This document shows positions 23,616 to 36,599 of a DNA stretch of 64,000 bases, piece by piece. This DNA comes from Albugo candida (taxonomy: Eukaryota): the NCBI GenBank assembly GCA_040437565.1, contig JBDOQK010000006.1, positions 310,001 through 374,000 on the forward strand, in the 5' to 3' direction. A program made the translations under genes and the position numbers. The notes under the pieces are model-generated. The model was not told the DNA's origin, made no database searches, and worked only from the letters and a program-made list of their open reading frames with translations. Each line of letters starts with the position of its first letter. Positions within the stretch are counted from its first letter, which is position 1.

Positions 23616-23843
23616 ACAGTCTTACAGCGATGTACTTTTGTTTAGCGTAAGCTAGCTTGTGTTTTTTGTACAAAGAAATGAAAATATTAATGTCACCCGC
23701 TCGAAAGCATACTCTTAAGGAAGCACGTATCCGATTTTTTCAAGTATTTACCACGTCGAGCTCACTATGAGACAGATAGAATGATACAGATCTATTACGC
23801 TGTGAGAACTTTGAATGTATTCTCTCACTTGGCCAAACGGTCC

Positions 23844-25526
23844 TTAGCATCGTTCATCTTGATTCCTTTGAGAGAGTTGATACGGAGATGAGGATTTTTG
23901 TTTGCGAGGTGGCTTCATTGCAACGCCATCCACGACGGGAAATCGCTGAGCGAATGACGGAGTCCTTGGTGTCTGTAGCAATGTTTGATAGACAGCATCT
24001 CGTCGAGCTGGGGATTCGTGCAAATATCGAAACTGCTTAAATACTTTCATCGCGTACATTGCATCAATCACTGGATCATGGTCCGCTTCCTGTGGTGAAC
24101 AATAAAGAATGTGGAATTCGAGAAGTAGAACGTGATCTGTGTGATTTACCTGGATGCTTGTTCCCAGAAGATATTTGGCAACATGACGGAGGCTGAAATT
24201 CCGATAGCGAATTGTACCGTTTTGAGATTGCATTGGGATTCGGAATAGGTCCGCGACGTCAAAACTCTGTTTGTAGTCTTTTTCTTTAACAAGACCAAGC
24301 CATTCCAGGTCTGAAAAGGACATAGACAAAAGATAGCTTATTCAGCTCACTGCATCGATTACCTCTATTTGCTTGTTGCCAGTCAATTGTGCTCACCCTT
24401 CTTGATGGATTGACCCACAATGACACAATTCTTGGGTAGGATGGTCCGTAGCTGCATCAATGCTGAATCAAGACTAGGTGCGCCTACTAGATCACTGAGA
24501 AAACGGGGTCAAAGTAAGTCGAGCCGATCCTAATAGAAGTTGATGCAATCTTACTCGGGACTAATGCCAGTAAGCTGAGTCAGGTAGCTCACGATGGGCT
24601 TTTCCGGAAGTACGTATTGATCGTAAAATACTGTTTCGTCTTCGCTGACCACCGCAATTCGCGCCACATCACGATCTCTATGACGAAAAGAGTGGTTGAC
24701 GAGCCAGGCAAATCTGGCACTAGAGATAACGTACGAGTGTCCCACGCCGGTTGCTACACATTCGACATCGATGGCAAAAAACTACAACAAAAACCATCGG
24801 TTGCAATCAATCTGTGTTGATGCAATCAGAGCACAAAACGAAAATTCAATATGTACTTGCCGGTTTTTGCAAATCTCGCGTGGATACAGGTACAATTTCG
24901 CTGATAAATTCGTTCTTGGCTCTTTGCAACGCAGGGTTCTCCTCAATCTTTACTCTTCGAGCATTCTCGGGCGAAGATGTGAGTCTTCCTGTACCGGGTC
25001 CTGACTCCGAGTCTTCCCAGGTATCAGCCAAGCTTTTTGTAGGAACCTTTGTATACATCGGGCTGGGTTGCGCGTTTAAAGTATCATAGACCATGTTTCG
25101 TTGCGGCAAAATTCCATTACTCATATAATAAGATTCAAAGGGAGCGCTTGTTGGCGTTGGTGTGAGATTTTTGACATTCTCATGATTTTCACCTACTCCT
25201 GAATCAAAAGGTTCCGTGGCCCTACATTCTATTATTGAATGCGTGAATGGGCACGATGAGCCATTACGGCAGCCCATACTGCCATTGTAAAATCGGCAAT
25301 AATGCGGTTTCCCAGCCGTGTATTCCGTAGGTGTGTTCAAAGAAATCTGTTGCATTTGCGCTACTATTGGATTTCGTGGAGCCATGTCTTCTGCGACGAT
25401 CATTTGTACCCTATTTGGATGCTTCTCATGACGAAAGGAGCAGGAATCACCTCGCCAGCATCCACGGGCAGACTGAAAATACCGACAGGAAAGCTGACTC
25501 GAGTTGGATTTGGTAAATGTACTCAT
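23844..25526 (-). CDS. CCCH zinc-finger plus DEDD (REX4/ISG20-like) 3'-5' RNA exonuclease, multi-exon
   Basis: Two CCCH fingers (CRYFQSARGCWRGDSCSFRH, CRFYNGSMGCRNGSSCPFTH); ExoI motif FAIDVECV (about 24760-24782); YLTQLTGI; SLRHVAKYLLG..HDPVIDAMYAM. Confidence 0.85.
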
Positions 25527-25779
25527 CGAAATTAGGTTTTCTGGCTCAGAATTATTTGACTATGCATTCAGTCGCGCAAATTATATTTTTTGATTTTATT
25601 GACCAAGGAATCGCGACGTTTTTTTCAAAGCCAATATATCAATTTTGAAAAACAGTAAAGCTAATCGCAACTAGGACCTTCCAAACTTGATGTGCTATAT
25701 TAAGAGTACTTTCTCTATCAGACAGAAACACACTATCAAAACACTTGCTCGTTTCGCCTATCACGACATTCCGACACTT

Positions 25780-27326
25780 CTAGCTCCATTTTGTTCGTGT
25801 CCAAAGACCTCCATTTCCGTTAGCGGGCTGTTGTGCGGCGTTTTCTTCTACCTTGTGATCCGAACTTCTTTTTGCATCAACGTTTCCTTCAGAGATGGGA
25901 GGAGTATGCATTTCGGTCGCGTCGCTTTCAATCTTGATCCCGCTCTTTGAAGCATCCGAACCGAATGTCACAGATGAAGAATGATCCACAGTCGCGCGTT
26001 CCATCGTTCCATAGCTCCCCATCATCAAGCGGGGCACCGCTGAGTTAGCCTCCTTTTGCTGTGCCGCAGTAAATGTTCGAGGATTAGCTGTGGCTTCTCG
26101 GACGCCCAATATAGGTCCTTTGAATTCTGGATAATTTTTCTGGATCACGCGACCTAACGCGTGGATGCAATTGACAACCAAGGAGATGTTTTTAGAGTCA
26201 GATAGATCAATCGTTTCAAATAGGTCAAACTCTGCGACTCCGAGCTTCCGACATGCTTTGATAAAGTGTGAGATGTTTTCCATTTTTTTGAACGGGTTTG
26301 AGGCTTGCTCAATTTTGGATATCATCCCGGGAACAATTGTATTCATCAGTGTACAGAGAAGTACTCCATCTTTCAATGTAGTCTCAAAGTCATCTTTGAA
26401 TTTCTCACCTGTCACAGTTTCGATCCATATCTGGGCTTCCATTGTCGAATCTCCAGTATCGACTATGGTACAAAATACACAAGGATTCTGCGTTATTGAG
26501 GGTTTGATTAACGTCGTATCAGGCTACGAGCACTCACGCAAAGAAGCTGTAGTCTCCATTTCTTCTTCAATATCATTGTCTGACGCGACGTTCGCACTTT
26601 TCTCACTCTCAAAATCTTGTAAAATCTGTTTCACTTTTTCATTCGAAGGCGGTGGTGGTAGCGGAGGTGCACGATTGTATTTGGCTGCAACATCCGCTCC
26701 AAAAGTGACGTCATTGGAGCGGCTGATATCTAGTCGTTCCATTGTGCGTAAGCTCCCTAAACTGATAAGAGATGGGGCACTAGCAGCTTCTAATATCTTC
26801 TTCTTGGAGAAATGGCGTTCATTTTTGACAGATTCTTTGACACCGAGTTTCGGACCGTCAAAGTGTGCATAGTTTTTCTGCACTGCTCGTCCTAAGGCAT
26901 GTAGGCAGCGTACCACAAGACCTATCACAGACGGTCATAGAGAGCTCGAGCAGTTGATTGGCACTTACCTAGATCCTTTAATTCAAACAGGTCAACCGTC
27001 TCAAATAAATCAAATTCTGATACTCCGATTGTACGACATGCTTTTAGGAAATTGGATACATTCTCCATAAGTCGAAATTTGATTTTAGACTTGACTTCTA
27101 TTCTTGGAACAATGCCCGGATGTATTTTGTTGACCAGGTTACATAGAATCACACCGTCTTTCAGTCCTTCTCCAAAACTGTCACCTATCTGTAGCCCAGT
27201 GATACTTTCAACCCAATCTTGAGCATCCTTCTCCATGCCATAGTCGTAACGTTCAGTGGCGCGTTGGGCTAGTTCCGCGTCCAAACCATACCCGCCACCG
27301 CGCACTTTGATGATGTCACCCGTCAT
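25780..27326 (-). CDS. Tandem calponin-homology (calponin/transgelin/myophilin-like) actin-binding protein, 3 exons
   Basis: Two CH domains (LKDGVILCNLVNKIHPG..MENVSNFLKACR..GV.EFDLFETVDL and LKDGVLLCTLMNTIVPG..MENISHFIKACR..EFDLFETIDL). In-frame GT-AG introns near 26923-26968 and 26464-26537. Confidence 0.88.
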
Positions 27327-27984
27327 GATCACTTTAGATAATAATGAATCAACTTTTCGAGTTTGATTTACACCTGTGTCCCTGATCCGAGTACGATTAC
27401 GTGACGGTTACTCTCTCTCTCACCTGTTCTTTACATTATCGAGGCACATATCGGAGTATTACTGACCTAACAGTCCCTCATTTCCTATTCTATCTTATTT
27501 TTTGCGTTGGAGGCTTGAGCGAATCGAGATGTTTACCATCAGAACGCATGAGTCATCTTATGATAGAATGAGGTGTTACGGAACTTCGTTGGAAGGTAGT
27601 ACATCATGGTAATTTCAATAAAGGCAGAGCTTCTTATCAGAGTCGACTACAATTGGGTCGAGTATCCGCTTGTCTACGCTGTCGACATTTTGACCACAAT
27701 CAGGCGAGTACAACCACACTCGAAAAGTACTTAGTATAAAAGGTGAAAGTCGCCGTGACTCAAGCAATGTTTCTTAAAGGCAATAGCAAGACCGTTTTAT
27801 CCTATCGGGTATTGGCAGCTGTTGTTCTAGGACGAATGTCAGCATATTCTTTGATGTGGCATTCCATCAATCTTTCTGGGTGTTGCAATGTGCTGTATCA
27901 GCTCTTAAGCTATAGAGTACTAGTCTTAAGAATATATAAGGTGGATGGAAAACGAATCCTGCATTTCGCTTGTGATGAATGCCA

Positions 27985-29138
27985 TCACAACTCTGTGACG
28001 ACCAAAGAATTCGCTTGTACCAGCTCAAGCTGGACACCATCGAGCAATTCAGTACACCCATTTTGAAAACGTTCTTGACATAATAAATCCGCGCGTGTCG
28101 GACCAAAATTGATGATACCGATGTGAATTTTTTTCAGATGAGCTTGGTTGACTAAGCGTAACGCCGAGTATACTTGCAATGAAGATCCTATCACCAGAAG
28201 TGCCTGTGCATCGTCGACGATTTCAGCTGATCGTTGGCGCACATGTTTTGTCATGTTTTCTCCAAAGAAAATAACACTGCCAGATAACACGTTTAAAATC
28301 GGCATGATACTTTCTCATGATAGAATCTTACTGTGGTTTCATTATATTTCCGCATTGAGGACAAGACGGGTAGTGAAAATGTTTATAATCTGTGAACTGC
28401 AATCCGAAAAGGTTGAATAGACACTCCTATGGTACGCAATAGGATATTTACCTCAACATCTCCATCTGGATTTACTCGATCTTCACTTGAGGATACATCA
28501 CCAGCGTCCTCCTGTATATTTTTTTCCATCCAAATCTCCATGTTGGGATTTAGCTCGAGCAAAAGTTCTTGGAAAAAATCTCTCTGAATGTTGTGATGAC
28601 ACGCAATGCATTCTACTTCATGCAACGCTCCGTGAAGCTCGCATACATTAGTCGACCCGCTTTTGGTATGCAATCTATCGACGTTTTGTGTGATGATACT
28701 GGAAACGATACCTTGCTTTTGCAGATAAGTGAGGCTCTTGTGGGCAAGATTTGGCTTCGTCATGGAGAATTTTGGCCATCCTAATAAGCTGCGGGCCCAA
28801 TATCGTTGACGATATTCATGTTGTTGAACAAACTATAACGAAACAAATTCGTAAATATATGCACTTGCTAGTGTAACATATCCTACTTGCTGATACTGGA
28901 TAGGCTTGAAGTCTCTATTACGTCGATATACACCATTAGGACCGCGGTAATCTGGAATTCCAGAATCGGTTGAGATGCCAGCACCAGTAAGAATAACTGT
29001 GTTACTATTCCCACGCTCCAAAAAGTACCTAAGCCGATGAATTTCGGATTCTAGAGACGCTACGCTAGAAGCTAGTCCTTTTGATGCCATGGCAGGTAGC
29101 TTAATTGCCTCTTTGTTGGTACCACATACGAGCAACAT
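27985..29138 (-). CDS. SIRT4: Class II (SIRT4-like) NAD-dependent sirtuin, multi-exon
   Basis: [39 protein letters not shown], Zn pairs CIAC and [33 protein letters not shown]. Start uncertain (ATG about 29138 or 29090). Confidence 0.9.
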
Positions 29139-29207
29139 TTTATGTAGCACATCAGACTTACTGCATAATCAATGTGAAAATGGTCAGCTGATATCGATTA
29201 CCTCGTT

Positions 29208-29903
29208 ATCGATTAACTTATTTCACTCACGTGCTATGTCTTCATGCAGAAAAGTTGTCCATGTGTAGCAAGAGAGATTACATGAAGCAATGAAGATGCT
29301 ACAATTTCTTATTGATAATCTTAGCCTCGTCACCCATTCACATGACGCATTGGGTTCGTGCCTCTGACAATGAAATATTTGCTTACAGCGAGTAATGCGA
29401 CAATCATTCAGACCACAATTCACAAAATCATTTCATGTTCAAGTACTCGTAAACTACAACATCATTTCAAGTCGATGACGCACAAACTGCACCTCCATAC
29501 AGCTGNNNNNNNNNNNNNNNNNNNNNNNNNNNNNNNNNNNNNNNNNNNNNNNNNNNNNNNNNNNNNNNNNNNNNNNNNNNNNNNNNNNNNNNNNNNNNNN
29601 NNNNNATCGATTAACTTATTTCACTCACGTGCTATGTCTTCATGCAGAAAAGTTGTCCATGTGTAGCAAGAGAGATTACATGAAGCAATGAAGATGCTAC
29701 AATTTCTTATTGATAATCTTAGCCTCGTCACCCATTCACATGACGCATTGGGTTCGTGCCTCTGACAATGAAATATTTGCTTACAGCGAGTAATGCGACA
29801 ATCATTCAGACCACAATTCACAAAATCATTTCATGTTCAAGTACTCGTAAACTACAACATCATTTCAAGTCGATGACGCACAAACTGCACCTCCATACAG
29901 CTG
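29208..29903. other. 100-N scaffold gap with 298-bp flanking duplication
   Basis: 29208-29505 is repeated at 29606-29903. Confidence 0.92.
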
Positions 29904-30130
29904 ACTCATGTTCCATACCAGCTATAAGAAGTCGATCAAAGACTTGAGATCTGCGCTAATCTGACGAAAAAAGCCTTCGTAATTATACTTATGAAACGAT
30001 CGATTTAGTATTAGTCGTCTCAATGATAAAGCGATAAAACGTACCTCAAAAATGTAATCGATCTGTTGAGGAGGAACGATGGCGTGCTTGTTTTCTTTTG
30101 TAGAATCCTGGTATTAATCGAAAACATCAA

Positions 30131-33100
30131 CTAAAATTTCTGGACTGCTTCAAAAGAGAGAATGGCACTGACCTTAAGTCGGTCGACCACATTAATTACA
30201 ATTCCAAGCGTACCCTTGAGATTCTGGACAAGATGTGATAAACTGTTTTGATGCAAATCCATTTGTGAACTCATTTGCGCCATATACTCACCGTGAGTGA
30301 GAATGGCGGTGGATGGGGACTTATTCATTGCTCCAAAGCGTGTCACGACGGCATTGAAAGATTCTACGGCCACATTCGCTGCTCTTCCACCCATGGTGCT
30401 TGCAACGTATTCTCTGTCTGCATCTTTTTGTAATTGAGGCATCGCTAGTCTTATGCCATCCCGCATATTGTTGCAATCGGTCAGAAGCTGCTTGTAATTT
30501 GTCATCAAAGTGTCGAGGTCGCGGTCGAAAGCACTGAGTATGGCGTCCAGACGACGATAGACAGATAGTAAGCCCAAGAAGCATTTTTCTTCACTAACCA
30601 GTCGATCATGGAGAACAAGGATGCAGTTTCTGGTACACGTGAGATATTTGCGCAGGTTCTGAGTGAGTTGCGTACTGTGACAACGCATTCGAATCAGCAG
30701 ATCACTGTGGCATGAAACACGTAAGGTATCGTATATGGAACAGAGTACAATAAAGGCATCGAAATCCCCTTCCTCAATGACGCAGGTATGAGTAGATGTA
30801 CGTACTCCCCAAGAAAGCTGGCCAATCCGTTGCACCGATTGTCTCACAAGCAAAAGTACGTCCATCACTCCAATGCCAGAGCCATTTCCTGACGTCGAAG
30901 AGNNNNNNNNNNNNNNNNNNNNNNNNNNNNNNNNNNNNNNNNNNNNNNNNNNNNNNNNNNNNNNNNNNNNNNNNNNNNNNNNNNNNNNNNNNNNNNNNNN
31001 NNGACGATAGACAGATAGTAAGCCCAAGAAGCATTTTTCTTCACTAACCAGTCGATCATGTAGAACAAGGATGCAGTTTCTGGTACATGTGAGATATTTG
31101 CGTAGGTTCTGAGTGAGTTGCGTACTGTGACAACGCATTCGAATCAGCAGATCACTGTGGCATGAAACACGTAAGGTATCGTATATGGAACAGAGTACAA
31201 TAAAGGCATCGAAATCCCCTTCCTCAATGACGCAGGTATGAGTAGATGTACGTACTCCCCAAGAAAGCTGGCCAATCGGTGCACCGGATTGTCTCACAAG
31301 CAAAAGTACGTCCATCACTCCAATGCCAGAGCCATTTCCTGACGTCGAAGAGCTCGTAGATGATGCAGATGAAAGGATAGTCGGTTCGACAACGGGAGCA
31401 TCATCCTCTGCAGTATCGGAATCACGAGGGCTTGACGAGTCGTCGGTTTTGAAATTTTTCCTATGAATCAATTCCCCTTTCTTCCCTCCAACTGCCCATG
31501 ACATGAGATTAGCTGCACTCGAAAGTAGAGAAGTAGAGGAATCGGGCACAGGTGGATACTTGCCAGCACTGTTACGCTGCATTTTTTTGTGATCGTCTTC
31601 ACTTCTCAATAGTTCGACAGCTCGCCGTGTATGGCGTTCTTTCTGGTATACTTCCATCGTCAAAGTCTGATTCGTCGGTTTGTTATCATCATTGACTTTA
31701 TCCGGTGCGGGAAGGGCAAGAACAGCCTTCGAGGCGTTTCCACTGCTATCGCCGGATTCAAGTAACTGGTTTCCATCAAGCATTTCAAAGCGTGGTCCTG
31801 GCACATTCTCTATGTAAGCGGTTCCGAGCGTCGCGAATACGTGTCTACATATTGAGCTGTTCTCTTTGACCCAAAGTCCTGTTGATTCGCGAAATTGTTT
31901 GTACAATTTTTGTACATAAACAGGATCCGCATTTGCTTTGATTCGTTGAATTGGCTCCATACAAGCTCCAAAGTCGTGTGCGATGTAGTTTTCTAATGGG
32001 AGTACTTTGCTAAAACTCCATCGCCAGGCTCTTTCTTGGTTTGGTTTCAATTGATCGAGTTCACGTACACCAATCTGCGTCAACGAGCTCACAAGTTTGC
32101 TAATCTCAGCCTGCACACCTTCTAATGAAGTCATCAATCGCCGAACTTCTTGTCCACCTGGTCCATAAACCAGCAAATCGCCACCAGGTCCAGCGAGTTG
32201 ACGTGCCTTGCGACATGAGACGAGTAAGTCCGCAAGCAGTTTGAGCAAACCGTGTATTCGAGTGAAAGTTTCATAGGCTGTTACGATCGAGTCAGATCGC
32301 AATGCCACAACACCTGAATTGCTTTGCGTCAGGTAATCCACGGCAGTCACTGCATTTGATTTTGTTTGATCTATTGCTGAAGACCGTCGGGAATTCCTTG
32401 TCAATACAGCTGGAATCACTGGTTGTGCTTGTTCGTCGCAAAATACAGCTGTGCTATTCAGCTCCGCTTCTTCCTCGTCGGTGATTTGTAGGGGATGCAT
32501 TCCGTCTCGCTGATACGTCGGTCCTTCGGGAAATAGCGTCCTATCAAAAACATGTGAGGTTGGCCTCAGCGAGCAGAGACGCAGCAAAGATCGACGTACT
32601 TGAATGAATTCGTTGTCAACAAAACCTGTAGCATCTGACCCGCTTTCGTTTGCATTGCATCCTTCAAAACTATGTTGTTAGCCAGAATCTATACAAGAAG
32701 TGTAGTCTATACCTTCATCCCTGAATGTTGTTGTATACGAAGGTTGCTGATGGTACAATCTGCAGGCGTATTGGGCGTATTCCTCAAAACGTAAAATAGA
32801 AACTGAACTCCATGCATCAATCCATCAATTCCTCTTGCTTCCAATGTTTGAAGTTGTTCTCGTGCGGATGAATGTGCTCTCTCCGCTTCAATTGTTGGCA
32901 AAACTCGTGTCTCAATAACATTCCGGACATCTTTAAGTGTTCCAATCAGCGAGCGTTCGCCCGAGCCAGAATGAAATAAGCCTTGTTGCCCGTGTTGTAG
33001 CCGTAAGATATAGGTGTGACGTCTTCTTACATCATTCAAGATGCTTTCAGTGGTGCATGTGGCTGGTGCTAACGTTCGCATCGCCCAGTCTTTAAACTCT

Positions 33101-33447
33101 TCGAGCAACAATGTTCGAGGGTCATTCAAATATCCGATGAAAGAAAAACGCTCATAGCGTTCTCGCTGATACGCACAAATTGTCGAGATAATACCTTCAG
33201 CTGGATTACGCAAAAGCCCTACGACGTCCTGCATTTTGCGCATAAAAGAATGCTCATCAAAATCAGTCGGAGTCGGACGATACGTCGGATAAAATTTGTC
33301 TGGGTCCATTTTAAGCTGAATAGGAAGGTCTTCCTCGCCACATTCCATGCTTTCGCAAAATGCTTTATGTATGAATCGCATCTGTTCGGCTTCCAGAGAA
33401 GAGTACGATGTGCTCCATGGATTTAGACGTACGCCCCAAGCGGACAT
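30131..33447 (-). CDS. Large hypothetical protein, probably helical/coiled-coil at the C-terminus; 2 exons; interrupted by a gap artefact
   Basis: The 246-aa and 818-aa ORFs are joined by a GT..ctaac..AG intron (about 32658-32712). Substitutions between the duplicated copies at the gap are synonymous in this frame, which supports coding. No recognisable family motif. Confidence 0.75.
30553..31352. other. 100-N scaffold gap with 350-bp near-identical flanking duplication
   Basis: 30553-30902 versus 31003-31352, with three substitutions and one homopolymer-type discordance. Confidence 0.9.
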
Positions 33448-33940
33448 ATCAGCTTACAAAATGTGTACCTTTGTGAAGCGGAAAAGGTTGAAATTAATTC
33501 TGGTGGAAAAGATGCCGAGTATGAGCCCGAAATTTCGAAGTGCGGCTTATGTTTTATAGAAGTCTTATGTGCGTGATGATGTATACTTGAGGATTCAGTA
33601 CGAGAAAAGGTGGACAGTATACACATGTTTGTGATGTATACTTTAGACCGAAATCAGATCACAGAGCACATTTGTGTATACATCCGATGAACAGATTAAT
33701 TGTGTTAGTAGAATGCGGACACGGAATAGTATTCGATTATGATTATGTAACTATCTTGCCTCTATATGAGATAAAAATACACCATATCGTTTGCCTTATT
33801 TCAGCAAAAGTCAAGTAAATTATTGTGTTGGTGGATGAATGTACTCACATCAGTGATGCACATGTCTTATTGCGCTATGCAGCCGCTCTAATTTAGCATT
33901 GCAGCCCCATCCTTGATCCATCAAGACTATCGGGAGCAGG

Positions 33941-35991
33941 ATGCAACCGTCGGATGAATATGGCCAATCGGAATCATTTGTCGAGACTGCAAAGAATGCG
34001 AAAATTTCTCAAAGGCTCAAGTGAGTGAAACCTCTTAGGAATATATGATTGAAAGACTTAGGCGATGAATAGGCGCAGTGCTGGTGCTTGGTCTTGCTGC
34101 CACGAAAGGAAGGTACTGGGATTGGGTCCCTGCCACCTATGAGCAGCTGGAGAGAGCCGAGAAGCGAATTCTACAGCGCAATATACGTGTGCCTTTTGTA
34201 ATTAGTAAAGTCGCACAACTTGGAACAGTGTTTATTCCATGCACTGGAAAAAATCCCCAGTCTGAAAAAGTGAGAGATTTAGTTCTTGTTCATGGCTTTG
34301 CCGGTGGAAATGCTTTATGGGCAGCTGTCTGTATATATTTTTTTGAAAGCATCGTGATCGATTACTTATCGCTCATCGTGTACAGAATCTGGAAGAACTA
34401 GCGAAATGCTTCAATGTGGTACGAGTTATTTTTTATTATCGTGTCTGGTAGTTTTCACAATGCCAACAATCAAGTATGCTGTGGAATGGATTGGTGTGGG
34501 TCGAAGCGATCGCCCCGATTTTGAACACACAACAGTTTGTCAATCTCGGTATTAAGTGCACTAAAATCTCAAGCTCTTTTTTTGGCATGTAGTATGATGA
34601 TGCAGATCTGTTCATTGTTGAATCATTGGAAAAATGGAGAAGGGAAATGGGCCTACGAAAATTTTGCTTTTGTGCGCATTCAATGGGTGTACGATTGCTA
34701 TGTTCTTAGATATCTATCATGCAAGTCAGAATTTACGTTTTAGGCAATTTTTGGAACATCCTATGCTATACAACATCCTGAGAGAGTCGAGGTGACATAC
34801 ATTTTGCGTGCTTCCACTATCGCACCAAACTAATTCTGAAGAATTGTAGCGTTTGGTTCTGGTGTCCCCCGCCGGTGTACCTCGACCACCTTCCTTCGAA
34901 GAAAGAAAAAAGAAAATTCAATCCCACTTCATGTATCGAGTGGCNNNNNNNNNNNNNNNNNNNNNNNNNNNNNNNNNNNNNNNNNNNNNNNNNNNNNNNN
35001 NNNNNNNNNNNNNNNNNNNNNNNNNNNNNNNNNNNNNNNNNNNNCAATCAAGTATGCTGTGGAATGGATTGGTGTGGGTCGAAGCGATCGCCCCGATTTT
35101 GAACACACAACAGTTTGTCAATCTCGGTATTAAGTGCACTAAAATCTCAAGCTCTTTTTTTGGCATGTAGTATGATGATGCAGATCTGTTCATTGTTGAA
35201 TCATTGGAAAAATGGAGAAGGGAAATGGGCCTACGAAAATTTTGCTTTTGTGCGCATTCAATGGGTGTACGATTGCTATGTTCTTAGATATCTATCATGC
35301 AAGTCAGAATTTACGTTTTAGGCAATTTTTGGAACATCCTATGCTATACAACATCCTGAGAGAGTCGAGGTGACATACATTTTGCGTGCTTCCACTATCG
35401 CACCAAACTAATTCTGAAGAATTGTAGCGTTTGGTTCTGGTGTCCCCCGCCGGTGTACCTCGACCACCTTCCTTCGAAGAAAGAAAAAAGAAAATTCAAT
35501 CCCACTTCATGTATCGAGTGGCGGATTTGGCATGGAGAAGTGGAGTGACACCAATGACAATTACACGAGCGGCCGGTCCCTATGGACCGAAATTGGTACA
35601 GCGAATTCTTGAACGTCGGATTTCGTTGATGCCACCGAATAGTGCGATGCGAAATGGCGTAATCGAAATACAAGAACTCGCAGACTACATGTATCAAAAT
35701 TGGGCACTCAAAGCATCTGGAGAAAGACTCATTGCAACACATTTGGCGCCTGGAGCACTTGCTGTCCGACCTTTGATCGATGAGCTGACGCCGAAAAACA
35801 TAAAAATGCCCATCACATTCATTTATGGTGAGTATGACTGGATGGACTATCATCATGGTTTAGAGATTATTGAGAAATTTCAAGCACAAGGACTGTCAGC
35901 TTCTTTGCATCGTGTTGAAGATGCTGGACACCTTCCATTTTTAGACAATCCTCAACATTTCAATAAAATAGTCATAGAGGCGTTGCTGTAG
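33941..35991 (+). CDS. ABHD4/ABHD5 (CGI-58)/CLD1-like alpha/beta hydrolase-acyltransferase, multi-exon
   Basis: LVLVHGFAGG, EWIGVGRSDRP, nucleophile elbow AHSMG, LVSPAGVP, TFIYGEYDWMD, GHLPFLDNP (HX4D). Exon 1 33941-34020 splices in frame to 34113. A 478-bp segment is duplicated across the N gap. Confidence 0.88.
34467..35522. other. 100-N scaffold gap with 478-bp flanking duplication
   Basis: 34467-34944 is repeated at 35045-35522. Confidence 0.92.
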
Positions 35992-36599
35992 AGAATGCTC
36001 GATTGATTAGTATACAACTCTCCTGGTAGTATAAGAGTATTAGCACATAGCTCAGATCGCAGATGGCCATAGACTTGGCAATTTGGTCGGATACAGTTTG
36101 TGGTAAGGATACAGAACAGAAGTACCATATAATGTTCCCACTGGATCAACTCAACTAACATATGCATTCATTATCAGACAGAGTGCACTTAGAATCCATT
36201 GTCGCTCGACATAGAAACAAATAATGACAGTGATGCGCTCACTGGCATGTCTGGATATGATTTTGGTGTTGGTTCAATTAATAGCCTCGCCGTAGGACTT
36301 TGACGCGTTTGTTATGACTTTCACCCTTGCAAAGTGATGGACAGAGAAAGCGGCTTAAAGCCGCTGGCTCTATCGCATTCAAGCTTGATGAGTATTAGAA
36401 CTTGATTCTTGAGGGGAATATCTGTGGAACGTATTAGCATCATTGAGTCATTGTGAAAGCAACCTATGTGGGTGCTTTATGAGTATGCTCAGTGACGAAT
36501 GAAGCGAAATAGCGTGCATGGTGCAAGCGGTGTTCAGTCCCCAACCAGTAGCAGAATTATGTGGTTCGGGTGCTGCCTTACTGGCATCACTGTGAAGAG

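Noticed and set aside
26165..26872. 235-aa plus-strand ORF and similar shadow ORFs (52085-52702, 47254-47691, 62280-62822)
   Set aside because: They are antisense to well-supported genes and show no motifs.
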